From positions 1 to 52,534 of IMG/VR virus record IMGVR_UViG_3300034072_000552: 52,534 nt of DNA. One strand, given 5' to 3'. Each line of letters starts with the position of its first letter. The first letter of the stretch is position 1. The notes beneath the pieces are model-generated. The model was not told where the DNA came from. It did not search any database and was given only the letters and a program-made list of their open reading frames with translations. This stretch comes from a virus (lineage: Duplodnaviria; Caudoviricetes). This document shows positions 18,416 to 26,907 of this stretch, one piece after another. The position numbers were made by a program, and so were the translations under genes.

Positions 18416-19245
18416 TGGCCCAGCACATTATGATCGATCTGGAGACGCTTTCGACGGCTCCTGACGCGGGTATCATCCAAATCGGGGCCCAAGTCTTCGA
18501 CCCGACCGCAGATGACGAGGGGGTGTTGATCGGCGACGGGATTTGCCTCAACGTCGATCCTCAAGCCGTGATGGACGCGGGAATGCGGATCGAATGGCCG
18601 ACCCTCTACTGGTGGATGCGACAGCCGGATGCGTTTGCGACGCTTGCTGAACCTGGGGAAGGTTTTCTGCTCAGCAAGTCTCTTGTAGAGCTTTCCGCTT
18701 TCGTGAAGGCCAACGGCGGCTCTTGGGCGAAGATTTGGGCCAACGGGGCGTCTTTTGATCCGCCGGTGCTGGAAATGTCCTATCGGCGTTGCCGACTGGA
18801 CGTGCCCTGGAGCTACAATAATGTGCTCGACATGCGCACGATGAAGTGGCTCGCTCCTTCGGTCGCTCGGGTAGAACCGGAGCTGGCTCATAATGCTCTT
18901 TCGGATTGCCGGGCTCAAGCCATCTATGTGGCGAGATGCTATCGCGCTTTGAAAGGGTCCCCCGCCGGGGAGGAGGGACGGCAGGAGACCCGCGCTGCAG
19001 CGGTTGAAAAGGTATCTGAGACTGTTGGCGGCGAGAAGTCGGAATTGCTGTTGTTCTACGAGAAGCTGGAGCGACACGATTGGTGGTACATGATGTCGGA
19101 TGACGGTTCGGTGTACGAGCGGGGTGAAAAGGCCGACCGCGAACTGCGACGGGAAGCCGCGTCAAGCGGTGAGAAAGCCCAGCTCCACAAGGCTTATTCC
19201 GAGTTCAAAGCTGGGAAGGGGCCGAAACCAGAACAACCCGCATAA
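18415..19245 (+). CDS. DEDDh 3'-5' exonuclease (exonuclease VIII/RNase T-like) with extra C-terminal domain
   Basis: HIMIDLETL, WANGASFD, DMRT, HNALSDC; C-terminal HDWWYMMSDD domain. Confidence 0.85.
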   Translation: MAQHIMIDLETLSTAPDAGIIQIGAQVFDPTADDEGVLIGDGICLNVDPQAVMDAGMRIEWPTLYWWMRQPDAFATLAEPGEGFLLSKSLVELSAFVKANGGSWAKIWANGASFDPPVLEMSYRRCRLDVPWSYNNVLDMRTMKWLAPSVARVEPELAHNALSDCRAQAIYVARCYRALKGSPAGEEGRQETRAAAVEKVSETVGGEKSELLLFYEKLERHDWWYMMSDDGSVYERGEKADRELRREAASSGEKAQLHKAYSEFKAGKGPKPEQPA

Positions 19246-19263
19246 AAAGTTGCTCGGTTGGTA

Positions 19264-19334
19264 TTGACTTCACCGGGGATAAGGTCTAAGTTGTCCTTAT
19301 CCCCGGTTGACGGGCTTAGAAATGGAGCACAACA
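19264..19334 (+). promoter_or_regulatory. Early promoter flanked by 13-bp inverted repeat (operator-like)
   Basis: TTGACT-N17-TAAGTT; ACCGGGGATAAGG (19272-19284) / CCTTATCCCCGGT (19295-19307); AGAAATGGAGCA RBS. Confidence 0.8.
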
Positions 19335-19607
19335 ATGATCGTTCTTTCTTCCACTGTTCTCAACGTTCTGAATGAGGACACCCTGCGCGCTATTCAGACC
19401 GATCTGATCAAGCACGTTGAAGCCCTCCGCGCAGACGATATCCGACCGGCTCGCGGTCAGGTTGTAGCGATCACTGAGATCAATGACGAGCTGAACCGCC
19501 GGGAGCGTCGTAAGGTAGAATTGTTTGAGATTGATCTGGAGCGTCAGCTTTCTGAAGGCCATATCACACTCGGCGAGTATACCACGCGGAAAATTGAGGG
19601 GAAGTGA
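19335..19607 (+). CDS. Early hypothetical protein
   Basis: First gene after the strong promoter and RBS. Confidence 0.7.
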   Translation: MIVLSSTVLNVLNEDTLRAIQTDLIKHVEALRADDIRPARGQVVAITEINDELNRRERRKVELFEIDLERQLSEGHITLGEYTTRKIEGK

Positions 19608-19608
19608 G

Positions 19609-19776
19609 ATGAGCGACAAGGCGTATAGGATCGCGATAACGACCGGCGGTATGGAGAACAAGGAAGTACATAACTTTGTTATTGCCGCCGATAATCTTGA
19701 TAAAGCGCTGGCTGAAGCAAAATCTCAACTGCCGAAGGACTCTCGTGTCCTTTGGTCTGAATCTCAGAGGGTGTGA
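19609..19776 (+). CDS. Hypothetical protein
   Basis: GAGGGG RBS; ATG right after the previous stop. Confidence 0.6.
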   Translation: MSDKAYRIAITTGGMENKEVHNFVIAADNLDKALAEAKSQLPKDSRVLWSESQRV

Positions 19777-19777
19777 T

Positions 19778-20005
19778 ATGAGCGACAAGGTTATCGTGGG
19801 GACGGTTCCGAACGGGATGAAGTTTTTCTCGGTTGAGAGGAACAATCGTAAGATACCGGTCCTGAACCAGACCGGCGACGTTGATTTCTGGGACCTGAAG
19901 GCCGACAAGTTGTCGGACTTCCGCCGGATGCTATACGTTATGGACAACCCGGAGAAGCTGAAGGACGTGACGCCGGGGCCAGGGTGGGGCTATGGTGAAT
20001 TTTGA
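19778..20005 (+). CDS. Hypothetical protein
   Basis: GAGGG RBS; ATG right after the previous stop. Confidence 0.6.
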   Translation: MSDKVIVGTVPNGMKFFSVERNNRKIPVLNQTGDVDFWDLKADKLSDFRRMLYVMDNPEKLKDVTPGPGWGYGEF

Positions 20006-20076
20006 TCACTGCTCGGAATTGTCGTTGTTGGAGCTATCCCGCTGGCAGCGGGAAGCGTGGAGAAGGATGTACGGCC

Positions 20077-20217
20077 TTGAAGAATTTGATAGCGTGGATG
20101 GCGGTCGGGGCGGCAGTGTCGCTGATCATCTGGATAGTGGCGTCCTCGCACGCGAAAGCGATGGAAATCTGCCAGCAGAGCGCGAGCTATGCGACGTGCG
20201 TGAGGACGATCCAATGA
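20077..20217 (+). CDS. Small membrane/secreted peptide
   Basis: TTG start, hydrophobic segment, C..C tail; ATGA coupling to the next gene. Confidence 0.45.
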   Translation: MKNLIAWMAVGAAVSLIIWIVASSHAKAMEICQQSASYATCVRTIQ

Positions 20218-20507
20218 CGGAGCGGCGCACGCCTACGGTGGCGCTCGTCGGGGCTGGTCTCTCGGGAGCCGGCAAGGCTCTTGCGGTCGCATTGCGTCAG
20301 GCTGAGGAACGCCAGATGTTGGTCTTGACCTCTGCTATGAACCCTGACGAAGTGAACAAGTATCAGGAGCTGTACATGGATGAGTCGTATATGTACGACG
20401 AGCCCTATGATGGCTCCGGGCTGAAGGTCGTCCCCGATCCTTCGAAGAACCGGAAACAACGCCGCAAGGAAGCGGCTCTCAAATATCGGAAGTGGAGATT
20501 GAGATGA
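20214..20507 (+). CDS. Hypothetical protein with NRKQRR basic tail
   Basis: GAGG RBS; ATGA overlaps on both sides. Confidence 0.6.
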   Translation: MTERRTPTVALVGAGLSGAGKALAVALRQAEERQMLVLTSAMNPDEVNKYQELYMDESYMYDEPYDGSGLKVVPDPSKNRKQRRKEAALKYRKWRLR

Positions 20508-20614
20508 AGTGGATCGCCTTGCTTCTTTTGCTGTCGGGGTGCTGTACTTCGACCTTGGACCCGGGCTGTGACCCCATGCCGAAATGGACCGGCTATAAAG
20601 TGGAGAGACTGTGA
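20504..20614 (+). CDS. 36-aa lipoprotein (not in ORF track)
   Basis: MKWIALLLLLSGC|CTSTLDPGCDPMPKWTGYKVERL*; GGAG RBS; coupled to both neighbours; lipobox LSGC. Confidence 0.7.
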   Translation: MKWIALLLLLSGCCTSTLDPGCDPMPKWTGYKVERL

Positions 20615-20970
20615 TGGACAAAGTCAGAATGAACGTTGCCGGCGTCGAATTTCAAGTTGACGATGTTGAGCAGGCGAAGAAGCTCATGGAGCTCACGCTG
20701 GCGACGGAGACCGGAATGAGCCCGGACAGGGCTAAGCAATTCATACAAGCCGTCTATCAGGTTTTCATGAAACTGAACCCGGACACCCAGCGGATTGAAA
20801 AGCTGAGGGCGGCTTGCGGGTATGTTGAGAATGGGACCTCTGGTTCAGTCCAAATATCCCAGGATGATGCGACCAAGAATTGGTCTGTCGTCGGATCAAA
20901 CGCAAAAACGTATACCTGGGGCGACGGGCTCCGGGACGCTATCGACAAATTGGAGATTTGTGATGACTAA
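20614..20970 (+). CDS. Hypothetical protein
   Basis: GGAG RBS; TGATG coupling. Confidence 0.65.
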   Translation: MDKVRMNVAGVEFQVDDVEQAKKLMELTLATETGMSPDRAKQFIQAVYQVFMKLNPDTQRIEKLRAACGYVENGTSGSVQISQDDATKNWSVVGSNAKTYTWGDGLRDAIDKLEICDD

Positions 20971-21109
20971 ATCTCAGCTCAACGCCCTCGTGAAGAAACA
21001 CGGCGGATGGTGGGAGAAAGGAAACGAGGAGCGTGTTGCCCGTTTCCCGACCCCCTATAACAAGGAACAATTCCTTACTGAACTCAAGACCTTGGAGAGC
21101 AAAGAATGA
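20963..21109 (+). CDS. Small hypothetical protein
   Basis: GGAG RBS, ATG 20963. Confidence 0.55.
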   Translation: MTKSQLNALVKKHGGWWEKGNEERVARFPTPYNKEQFLTELKTLESKE

Positions 21110-21312
21110 TACACCATGAGCTCAGGACGTGCCCCAAGTGCGGGCAGATCGTATCGGTGAAGGTTCGCCGTCCCAACCACGTGCTTCACGCCATTATGTC
21201 GCTGCTGACTTGCGGCATCTGGATCGTCGTGTGGCTCCTCGCGATCCTGGAAGCGTCGTTTCACCGGGGGCGGATCAAGTGCCCGAGACGGTGCGGAGGG
21301 TCGGGGCTGTGA
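21106..21312 (+). CDS. Zn-ribbon membrane protein (LITAF-like architecture)
   Basis: CPKC - NHVLH..TCGIWIVVWL hydrophobic segment - CPRRCG. Confidence 0.7.
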   Translation: MIHHELRTCPKCGQIVSVKVRRPNHVLHAIMSLLTCGIWIVVWLLAILEASFHRGRIKCPRRCGGSGL

Positions 21313-21404
21313 CCGGGTTCTGGCTTGGGCTTCTCCTTGGATGCTTCATCGGGCTGATCGCCGGTTGCTTGATCTTACTGGTTTTTGCGGAGGATGTGAG
21401 ATGA
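21309..21404 (+). CDS. Single-TM micropeptide
   Basis: GGAGG RBS; GTGA/ATGA coupling; GFWLGLLLGCFIGLIAGCLILLVF. Confidence 0.55.
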   Translation: MTGFWLGLLLGCFIGLIAGCLILLVFAEDVR

Positions 21405-21586
21405 GTAACGTTGTCGATCTCAAGAAGCCGGGGAAACAACCCCTGGAGATAATCGGCGGTGACGCCCCGGGTAAACCCGTGGTGTCGATTCAGTTCAATA
21501 GGGCTCTGACCCCGGCTGAGTGGGATTTCTTCTACGAAACCTGCCAGCGGACGGCCTTTCTTATGAGGGGGCTGAAGGATGAGTAG
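21401..21586 (+). CDS. Hypothetical protein
   Basis: GGAGG RBS; MSNVVDL start. Confidence 0.65.
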   Translation: MSNVVDLKKPGKQPLEIIGGDAPGKPVVSIQFNRALTPAEWDFFYETCQRTAFLMRGLKDE

Positions 21587-21794
21587 CGGCGCTATCGTCT
21601 TATTCAAGATTGAACCTACCTCGCATGCTGACATCTATGCCCGTCTTCAAGAATTGGGACCGGAGTACATTCGGGATTACGTTACATGGCATCGTCAGCA
21701 CGGGCCGGTTATCGTGTTCGGGGAGGTCGGGCTGGTGGCTGACCAACCTACGATTTCTGAGATTGTAGAGGGGAAGCCTGATGAAAAACCCTAA
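21579..21794 (+). CDS. Hypothetical protein
   Basis: Overlapping operon arrangement. Confidence 0.55.
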   Translation: MSSGAIVLFKIEPTSHADIYARLQELGPEYIRDYVTWHRQHGPVIVFGEVGLVADQPTISEIVEGKPDEKP

Positions 21795-22014
21795 GAGGAT
21801 TGTGGCGGGGCTCCGGGGAGCAGCGAAAGGGTTCCAGAGGTCGAGCCGCGCTAATTATGCTGATCTGGCTCTGGCTCATCAAGGATCGATTGACCTGGAC
21901 CCCTTCTATTATGACTGGGCTCTCACCTTTCAAGAGCTTCAGAGGGCATCTAGCCGGAAGGCCCGGGCGGCTCTTTTCCGTCTTATGAGAGTGGAGCGAA
22001 CGTTAAGAAAATGA
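21781..22014 (+). CDS. Hypothetical basic protein, last gene of the early block
   Basis: GAGGGG RBS; followed by a terminator. Confidence 0.55.
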   Translation: MKNPKRIVAGLRGAAKGFQRSSRANYADLALAHQGSIDLDPFYYDWALTFQELQRASSRKARAALFRLMRVERTLRK

Positions 22015-22064
22015 ATCTTGACGTGTCGCCTCCTAAGCGATTTGCGTGATTTTTCGGGTTGTGG

Positions 22065-22100
22065 ATCGGGGGTCTTTAAAAGAGGTCCCCGATTTTCTTG
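22065..22100 (+). terminator. Intrinsic terminator ending the early block
   Basis: ATCGGGG...CCCCGAT stem followed by TTTCTTG. Confidence 0.6.
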
Positions 22101-22106
22101 TTGAGC

Positions 22107-22375
22107 CGTCTTAACTTCAGATCGTGCCCAAAGGTGCGGAAAGTTAAGAACGTTAAGACGAAGTTAAGACGATGAATGCCCAGCAGGCGTGGGGACGTCT
22201 TAACTTTCTTAACGTTCTCGGGTAGTTTTATATTCGCTAGTGTAACGTCATTTACATATACCCCTTATTTAAAGTTAAGAAACATAAGAAAGTTAAGACG
22301 TTGCCAATATTGCTGGAGGTTTGGCGTCTTAACTTAGTGGTGACACGAAGTGGGAAGTTAAGAACGTTAAGACGC
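22107..22375. repeat. GTTAAGA-array / AT-rich element, copy A (origin-like)
   Basis: 11 perfect GTTAAGA/TCTTAAC heptamers in both orientations, mostly 9 bp apart within clusters; 54-bp core 22245-22298 identical to 48471-48524. Confidence 0.9.
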
Positions 22376-22377
22376 CG

Positions 22378-22406
22378 TTGCCGCGCCTGTGCTTTGGGCA
22401 TATATT
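22378..22406 (+). promoter_or_regulatory. Sigma70-like promoter for the packaging/structural operon
   Basis: TTGCCG-N17-TATATT immediately after element A. Confidence 0.6.
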
Positions 22407-22434
22407 GGCCTCACACGTGACACGGAGGTAGAAA

Positions 22435-22941
22435 GTGATCCCGGGCAATCAATTCTGGAAGGCGAGAAGCCGTCACGGGGCAAAGCCGGTCTTCCCGGTC
22501 GGCGAGGAGGGAGCCGCGAAGCTCCGCGAGGCTTGTGAGGATTATTTCCAGTGGTGTGAGGATAACCCGCTCTTTGAGGAGAAGGCTTTCGCCTATGAGG
22601 GTTGTATCACAACGCACGATAGCCCCCGGGTTCGCGCTTTCACAATCGGCGGGCTTTGCCTCTTCATCGATATCGACGGCGAAACGTGGCGCACGTGGCG
22701 TCATACTCGCCAAGACTTATCTGCGGTCATTTCGTGGGCTGAGGAAACCATCAAACAACAAAAGTTCGCAGCCGCAGCAGCGGGCCTCCTCAACGCTAAC
22801 ATCATCAGCCGCGATCTTGGTTTGGCCGACAAGAGTGAGATCAGCGGTCCCGGCGGCGGTCCTATCGAATCAATCAACAAGGACATGTCGCCTGAAGAGG
22901 CCGCAGACCTATACGCACGCACGAGGGACGGCAACAAGTGA
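22435..22941 (+). CDS. terS: Terminase small subunit (P22 gp3-like DNA packaging protein)
   Basis: GNQFWKARSRHG, YFQWCEDNPL, TIGGLCLFI, AAAGLLNANIISRDLGLADK. Confidence 0.9.
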   Translation: MIPGNQFWKARSRHGAKPVFPVGEEGAAKLREACEDYFQWCEDNPLFEEKAFAYEGCITTHDSPRVRAFTIGGLCLFIDIDGETWRTWRHTRQDLSAVISWAEETIKQQKFAAAAAGLLNANIISRDLGLADKSEISGPGGGPIESINKDMSPEEAADLYARTRDGNK

Positions 22942-23174
22942 AGACCGTTGAGGAGATTGCCGAGGAATTGAGGGGTACGTCTCAAACGCTTTGTCTGGTT
23001 CTTGAGCACAACGACATGGACGGTGCAGATAATGACCCGGCATTTTGCGCTTCCCTAGACGCTCTTGTTTTCTGTTGCGAGCAATGCGAATGGTGGTGTG
23101 AGCAATCCGAGATGGGCGCTCGTGATGATGAACGCTGGATATGCGAAGAATGTACAGCTGAGGAAAATGAATAG
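22938..23174 (+). CDS. Small acidic Zn-finger protein between terS and terL
   Basis: CCEQCEWWC...ICEEC; coupled to both terminase genes. Confidence 0.65.
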   Translation: MKTVEEIAEELRGTSQTLCLVLEHNDMDGADNDPAFCASLDALVFCCEQCEWWCEQSEMGARDDERWICEECTAEENE

Positions 23175-24874
23175 TGAACGCCCACGTAGCCGACCTCAAG
23201 GCTGAAACCGCAGCTTGGCCCCCGAACTACACCAAGTTGTTCATGTGGCGTCAGAAGCAGCTGCTCATGTTCCGGTCGAAGCCGGAGATGATCAAGGCCG
23301 CGAAGCTCTACTACACGACCCACCCAGTTGAGTTCATCAACGACTGGGTTGACACCTACGACCCCCGTAACGCGGGCGTGCCGGGGAAGATCACCCGCAT
23401 GCCCTTCATCATGTTCCCGCGTCAGGTCGATCTGACCAACTTCCTTTACGCATGCCTCCACGGCGAAGCGGACGGCTTGATTGAGAAGTGTCGTGACGCC
23501 GGGGCAACGTGGCTATCCGTCGCCGTCTCGGTCCACCTTTGGTTGTTCTATGACGGCATCTCCATCGGCTGGGGCTCCCGCAAGGAGCAGCTGGTGGATA
23601 AGATCGGGGACATGGACAGCATCTTCGAAAAGATCAGGGCTGTCATCCGCAATCTGCCGCCGGATTTCCTCCCTTTGGGCTTCAGTGAGAAGGACCACAT
23701 GACCTACATGAGGGTGCTCAACCCCGAGAACGGGGCGAGCATCACCGGGGAGGCAGGCAACAGCATCGGGCGCGGCGGTCGTAAGCGTATTTACTTCAAG
23801 GACGAAAGCGCGCACTACGAGCGGCCTGACCTGATCGAAGCCGCCTTGGGCGATAACACCCGCGTTCAGATCGATATCAGCTCAGTCAACGGCACAGGCA
23901 ACGTGTTTCACCGCCGCCGGGAGAACGGCGTGGATTGGGAGCCGGGGCAACCGGTCGTCAAGGGCAAGGCCAACGTCTTCGTGTTTGACTGGCGTCATCA
24001 CCCCGAGAAGACGCAAGAGTGGTATGATGAACGCCGACAAAAGGCTGAGGATGAGGGCCTGCTTCACATCTTCGCCCAAGAGGTGGACCGCGACTACAAC
24101 AGCTCCGTCGAAGGCATCATCATCCCGGCGGCTTGGGTTCAGGCCGCTGTAGACGCTCACAAGAAGCTCCAATTCACCGACGATGGCAAGTGGATGGCGG
24201 GGCTAGACGTAGCGGACGGCGGCGGGGACCGGAATGCCCTAGCCCAGCGCAAGGGCGTCGTGCTGAAGGGCGTCAAGGTCTGGGGGCAGGTTGATACCGG
24301 CGTCACGGCGCGGCGCGCTATCCAGTATCTTCATCGCCCCAACGAGACCTCGCTGATGTATGACTGCATCGGGGTCGGCGCTGGGTGTAAGGCTGAGTTC
24401 AACCGCCTCCGGGGTCTGGAGGATAGCGGCGAGACCAACACCACCAAGACGCAGTGGCCGACCGGCTTGCGGGTAGAGCCCTGGAACGCCGGGTTGCCGC
24501 CGCTCTACCCCGAGAAGCGGTTGATCAAGGGTGACAAGGGTTCGCCCCTCATCAAGGATCATTACCTCAATCTCAAGGCCCAAGCTTGGTGGGAGCTGCG
24601 TGCCCGGTTTTGGAAGACATGGCGAGCGATCAACGAGGGCCTGGACATCGACACTGAGGACTTGATCAGCATCGATAGCGCAAGCTTCTCCACGACCGAA
24701 TTGGCGCAGCTCATCAAAGAGTTGAGTCAGGCCACTTCCTCCTTGAGCCCGGGTCGGCTAAAGTTGATGGTGAACAAGACACCGGAGGGGACGCGATCCC
24801 CGAACATGGCAGACGCGGTTGTGATGGCTTACTGGCCGGTCATGAGCCGCTATTCGCTCGACAACGTGGGATGA
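23174..24874 (+). CDS. terL: Terminase large subunit
   Basis: EKCRDAGATW (Walker A-like), GRGGR, FKDESAH (Walker B), nuclease GLDVADGGGD, SPNMADA. Confidence 0.92.
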   Translation: MNAHVADLKAETAAWPPNYTKLFMWRQKQLLMFRSKPEMIKAAKLYYTTHPVEFINDWVDTYDPRNAGVPGKITRMPFIMFPRQVDLTNFLYACLHGEADGLIEKCRDAGATWLSVAVSVHLWLFYDGISIGWGSRKEQLVDKIGDMDSIFEKIRAVIRNLPPDFLPLGFSEKDHMTYMRVLNPENGASITGEAGNSIGRGGRKRIYFKDESAHYERPDLIEAALGDNTRVQIDISSVNGTGNVFHRRRENGVDWEPGQPVVKGKANVFVFDWRHHPEKTQEWYDERRQKAEDEGLLHIFAQEVDRDYNSSVEGIIIPAAWVQAAVDAHKKLQFTDDGKWMAGLDVADGGGDRNALAQRKGVVLKGVKVWGQVDTGVTARRAIQYLHRPNETSLMYDCIGVGAGCKAEFNRLRGLEDSGETNTTKTQWPTGLRVEPWNAGLPPLYPEKRLIKGDKGSPLIKDHYLNLKAQAWWELRARFWKTWRAINEGLDIDTEDLISIDSASFSTTELAQLIKELSQATSSLSPGRLKLMVNKTPEGTRSPNMADAVVMAYWPVMSRYSLDNVG

Positions 24875-24878
24875 CCGC

Positions 24879-26729
24879 ATGACAACCCTTCCGACCTCTG
24901 ACAGCCTTCGCTCACTCATAACCGGGATGGGTGATCCGAATGTCGACAAGTCCGCAGCCGTGTTCTACGGAAACCTGATCCTCAGCGACAACCAGCTTCA
25001 CAACGCCTACCGCAACACGTGGTTGGCGAAGAAGATTGTCAATATCCCGGCGCTGGACGCTCTGCGCAAGTGGAGGGATTGGCAGGCTGAGCAGACCCAG
25101 ATCACGCTGATCGAAAAGGAGGAGCAGAGGCTTGGCCTCAAGCAGAAGCTGCTCCAGTGTAAGACGTTGGCCCGTCTTTGGGGCGGCGCGGTTATCTTCA
25201 TCGGCGACGGCACGAACGCTTCCCAGCCCTTCTATCCCGAGAAGGTAGGGAAGGGGGGCCTGAAGTATCTCACCGTGATGAGCCGCCGGGAAATGATCGC
25301 CAATGAGCTTCAGATCGATCCCGAAAGCGAGCAATACGGCTGGCCGATTGACTACACCATCAGCAACGGACGGCAGTTCACGACCATTCACCCCTCCCGC
25401 TTGGTGATCCAGATCGGCGATCCGCTCCCCGATCCGTGGAACCCTATCGGCTCGGTCACTTCGACCGGCTGGGGCGATAGCGTGCTTCAGTCCGTCTACA
25501 CTGCCGTGTCGAATGCCGATAGCACAGCAGCGAACGTCGCAAGTCTTGTATTCGAAGCCAACGTGGACGTGTACAAGATCGATGAGCTCATGGAGCACAT
25601 GTCCTCCGCTCCGTATCGCCAAAAGCTGCTTGATCGCTTCTCGCTCGCCAATATCGGCAAGTCGGTCAGCAAGGCCCTCATCGTGGACAAGGACGAGGAG
25701 TATGACCGCAAGCAGATCAACTTCTCCAATCTCCCAGACGTCATTCAGCAGTTCTTGATACTGGTGTCAGGTGCGTCGGATATCCCACTCACCCGGCTCA
25801 TCGGTCAGTCGCCCTCAGGTCTGAACTCGACCGGCGAGCACGACATGAAGAACTACTTCGACCGGATCACATCAGCCCAGACGCTCGAAATCCAGCCTGC
25901 CCTGTTCAAGCTCGATGAGGCCCTCATCCGGTCTGCTTTGGGCTCGCGTCCCGATGAGATTTTCTACTCTTGGGCTCCTCTGGAGCAGATGAGCGAGAAG
26001 GAGAAGGCCGAAATCGGCAAGATCAAGGTGGAGGCCGCTGCCGCGATTGTCAACACCGGGCTCTTCATGCAGGAGGAGCTTCGCAAGGTTGTCGGCAACC
26101 AGCTCGTGGAAGATGGCTTTTACCCCGGCTTGGCCGACCTCCTCAAGGAGAATGGAGACAAGCTGCCTGAATTCGACCTTGAACGCCGGTCGCAGGAAGC
26201 CTCAGTCAAGGCTCTTGAGAACCCCCAGCCCAAGACGCCGGTCACTGACGCTACCCCGCGCACTCTCTACCTGCGCCGTGATGTCGTCAACGCCGACGAG
26301 ATCATCAAATGGTACAAGGATCAGGGTGTTCAGGACGTTTACGCCCCGGAGAGCATGCACGTCACTATCGTCTACACCAAGACGCCGGTTGACTGGATGA
26401 AGATGGGCCAGCCTTGGGAAGCGCGCCTTGAAATACCGGACGGAGGCCCAAGGATCAACGAGAAGTTTGGTGATCAGGGCGACGTTCTGGTGCTGTTGTT
26501 CGCCTCCAACGAGCTTCAGTGGCGTCATATGTGCGCCAAGGAGCTTGGGGCAACGAGCGATTATCCAGAATACCAGCCGCACATCTCAATCAGCCTGCGC
26601 GGGGGCGAGCTTGACCTGATCAACCTCAAGCCGTGGCAGGGACCGATTGTCCTGGGTCCCGAAATCTATGAGGAAATCGCAACCGGCGACTGGCGCGAGA
26701 AGGTGACGACCGATGGCAGTGATGCGTAA
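24879..26729 (+). CDS. Portal protein (DUF1073-type) fused to C-terminal Acb1-like 2H phosphoesterase
   Basis: Follows terL. Portal motifs YRNTWLAKKIVNIPA.D, ARLWGG, IHPSRL, GWGDSVL, IPLTRLIGQSPSGLNSTGEHD. After residue ~460 there are H494-V-T and H568-I-S. Confidence 0.9.
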   Translation: MTTLPTSDSLRSLITGMGDPNVDKSAAVFYGNLILSDNQLHNAYRNTWLAKKIVNIPALDALRKWRDWQAEQTQITLIEKEEQRLGLKQKLLQCKTLARLWGGAVIFIGDGTNASQPFYPEKVGKGGLKYLTVMSRREMIANELQIDPESEQYGWPIDYTISNGRQFTTIHPSRLVIQIGDPLPDPWNPIGSVTSTGWGDSVLQSVYTAVSNADSTAANVASLVFEANVDVYKIDELMEHMSSAPYRQKLLDRFSLANIGKSVSKALIVDKDEEYDRKQINFSNLPDVIQQFLILVSGASDIPLTRLIGQSPSGLNSTGEHDMKNYFDRITSAQTLEIQPALFKLDEALIRSALGSRPDEIFYSWAPLEQMSEKEKAEIGKIKVEAAAAIVNTGLFMQEELRKVVGNQLVEDGFYPGLADLLKENGDKLPEFDLERRSQEASVKALENPQPKTPVTDATPRTLYLRRDVVNADEIIKWYKDQGVQDVYAPESMHVTIVYTKTPVDWMKMGQPWEARLEIPDGGPRINEKFGDQGDVLVLLFASNELQWRHMCAKELGATSDYPEYQPHISISLRGGELDLINLKPWQGPIVLGPEIYEEIATGDWREKVTTDGSDA

Positions 26730-26898
26730 GAGGCCCTTGGATCAGGCAGTGCTGGAGAACGCCCCGGAGGTAATCCGCCGGGACTTCGCCAAGCTGCGCT
26801 CTCCTTCCGTCCCACCAGAAAAGCCTTTCCCTCGTGATGTTTTCAACCCTATGGATATTCATTGGAGCGCGGTCGGCGATCCGACCCCGAGACACTAG
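26713..26898 (+). CDS. Small hypothetical protein
   Basis: Fills the gap after the portal; start uncertain. Confidence 0.4.
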   Translation: MAVMRKRPLDQAVLENAPEVIRRDFAKLRSPSVPPEKPFPRDVFNPMDIHWSAVGDPTPRH

Positions 26899-26907
26899 GA
26901 GCCAGCA

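Noticed and set aside
20214-20300. Rossmann-like VALVGAGLSG motif suggesting an oxidoreductase
   Set aside because: The protein is under 100 aa and lacks the rest of the fold.
22107-22375. CRISPR array interpretation of the GTTAAGA repeats
   Set aside because: Repeats are 7-11 bp, occur in both orientations with irregular spacers, and no cas genes are present.
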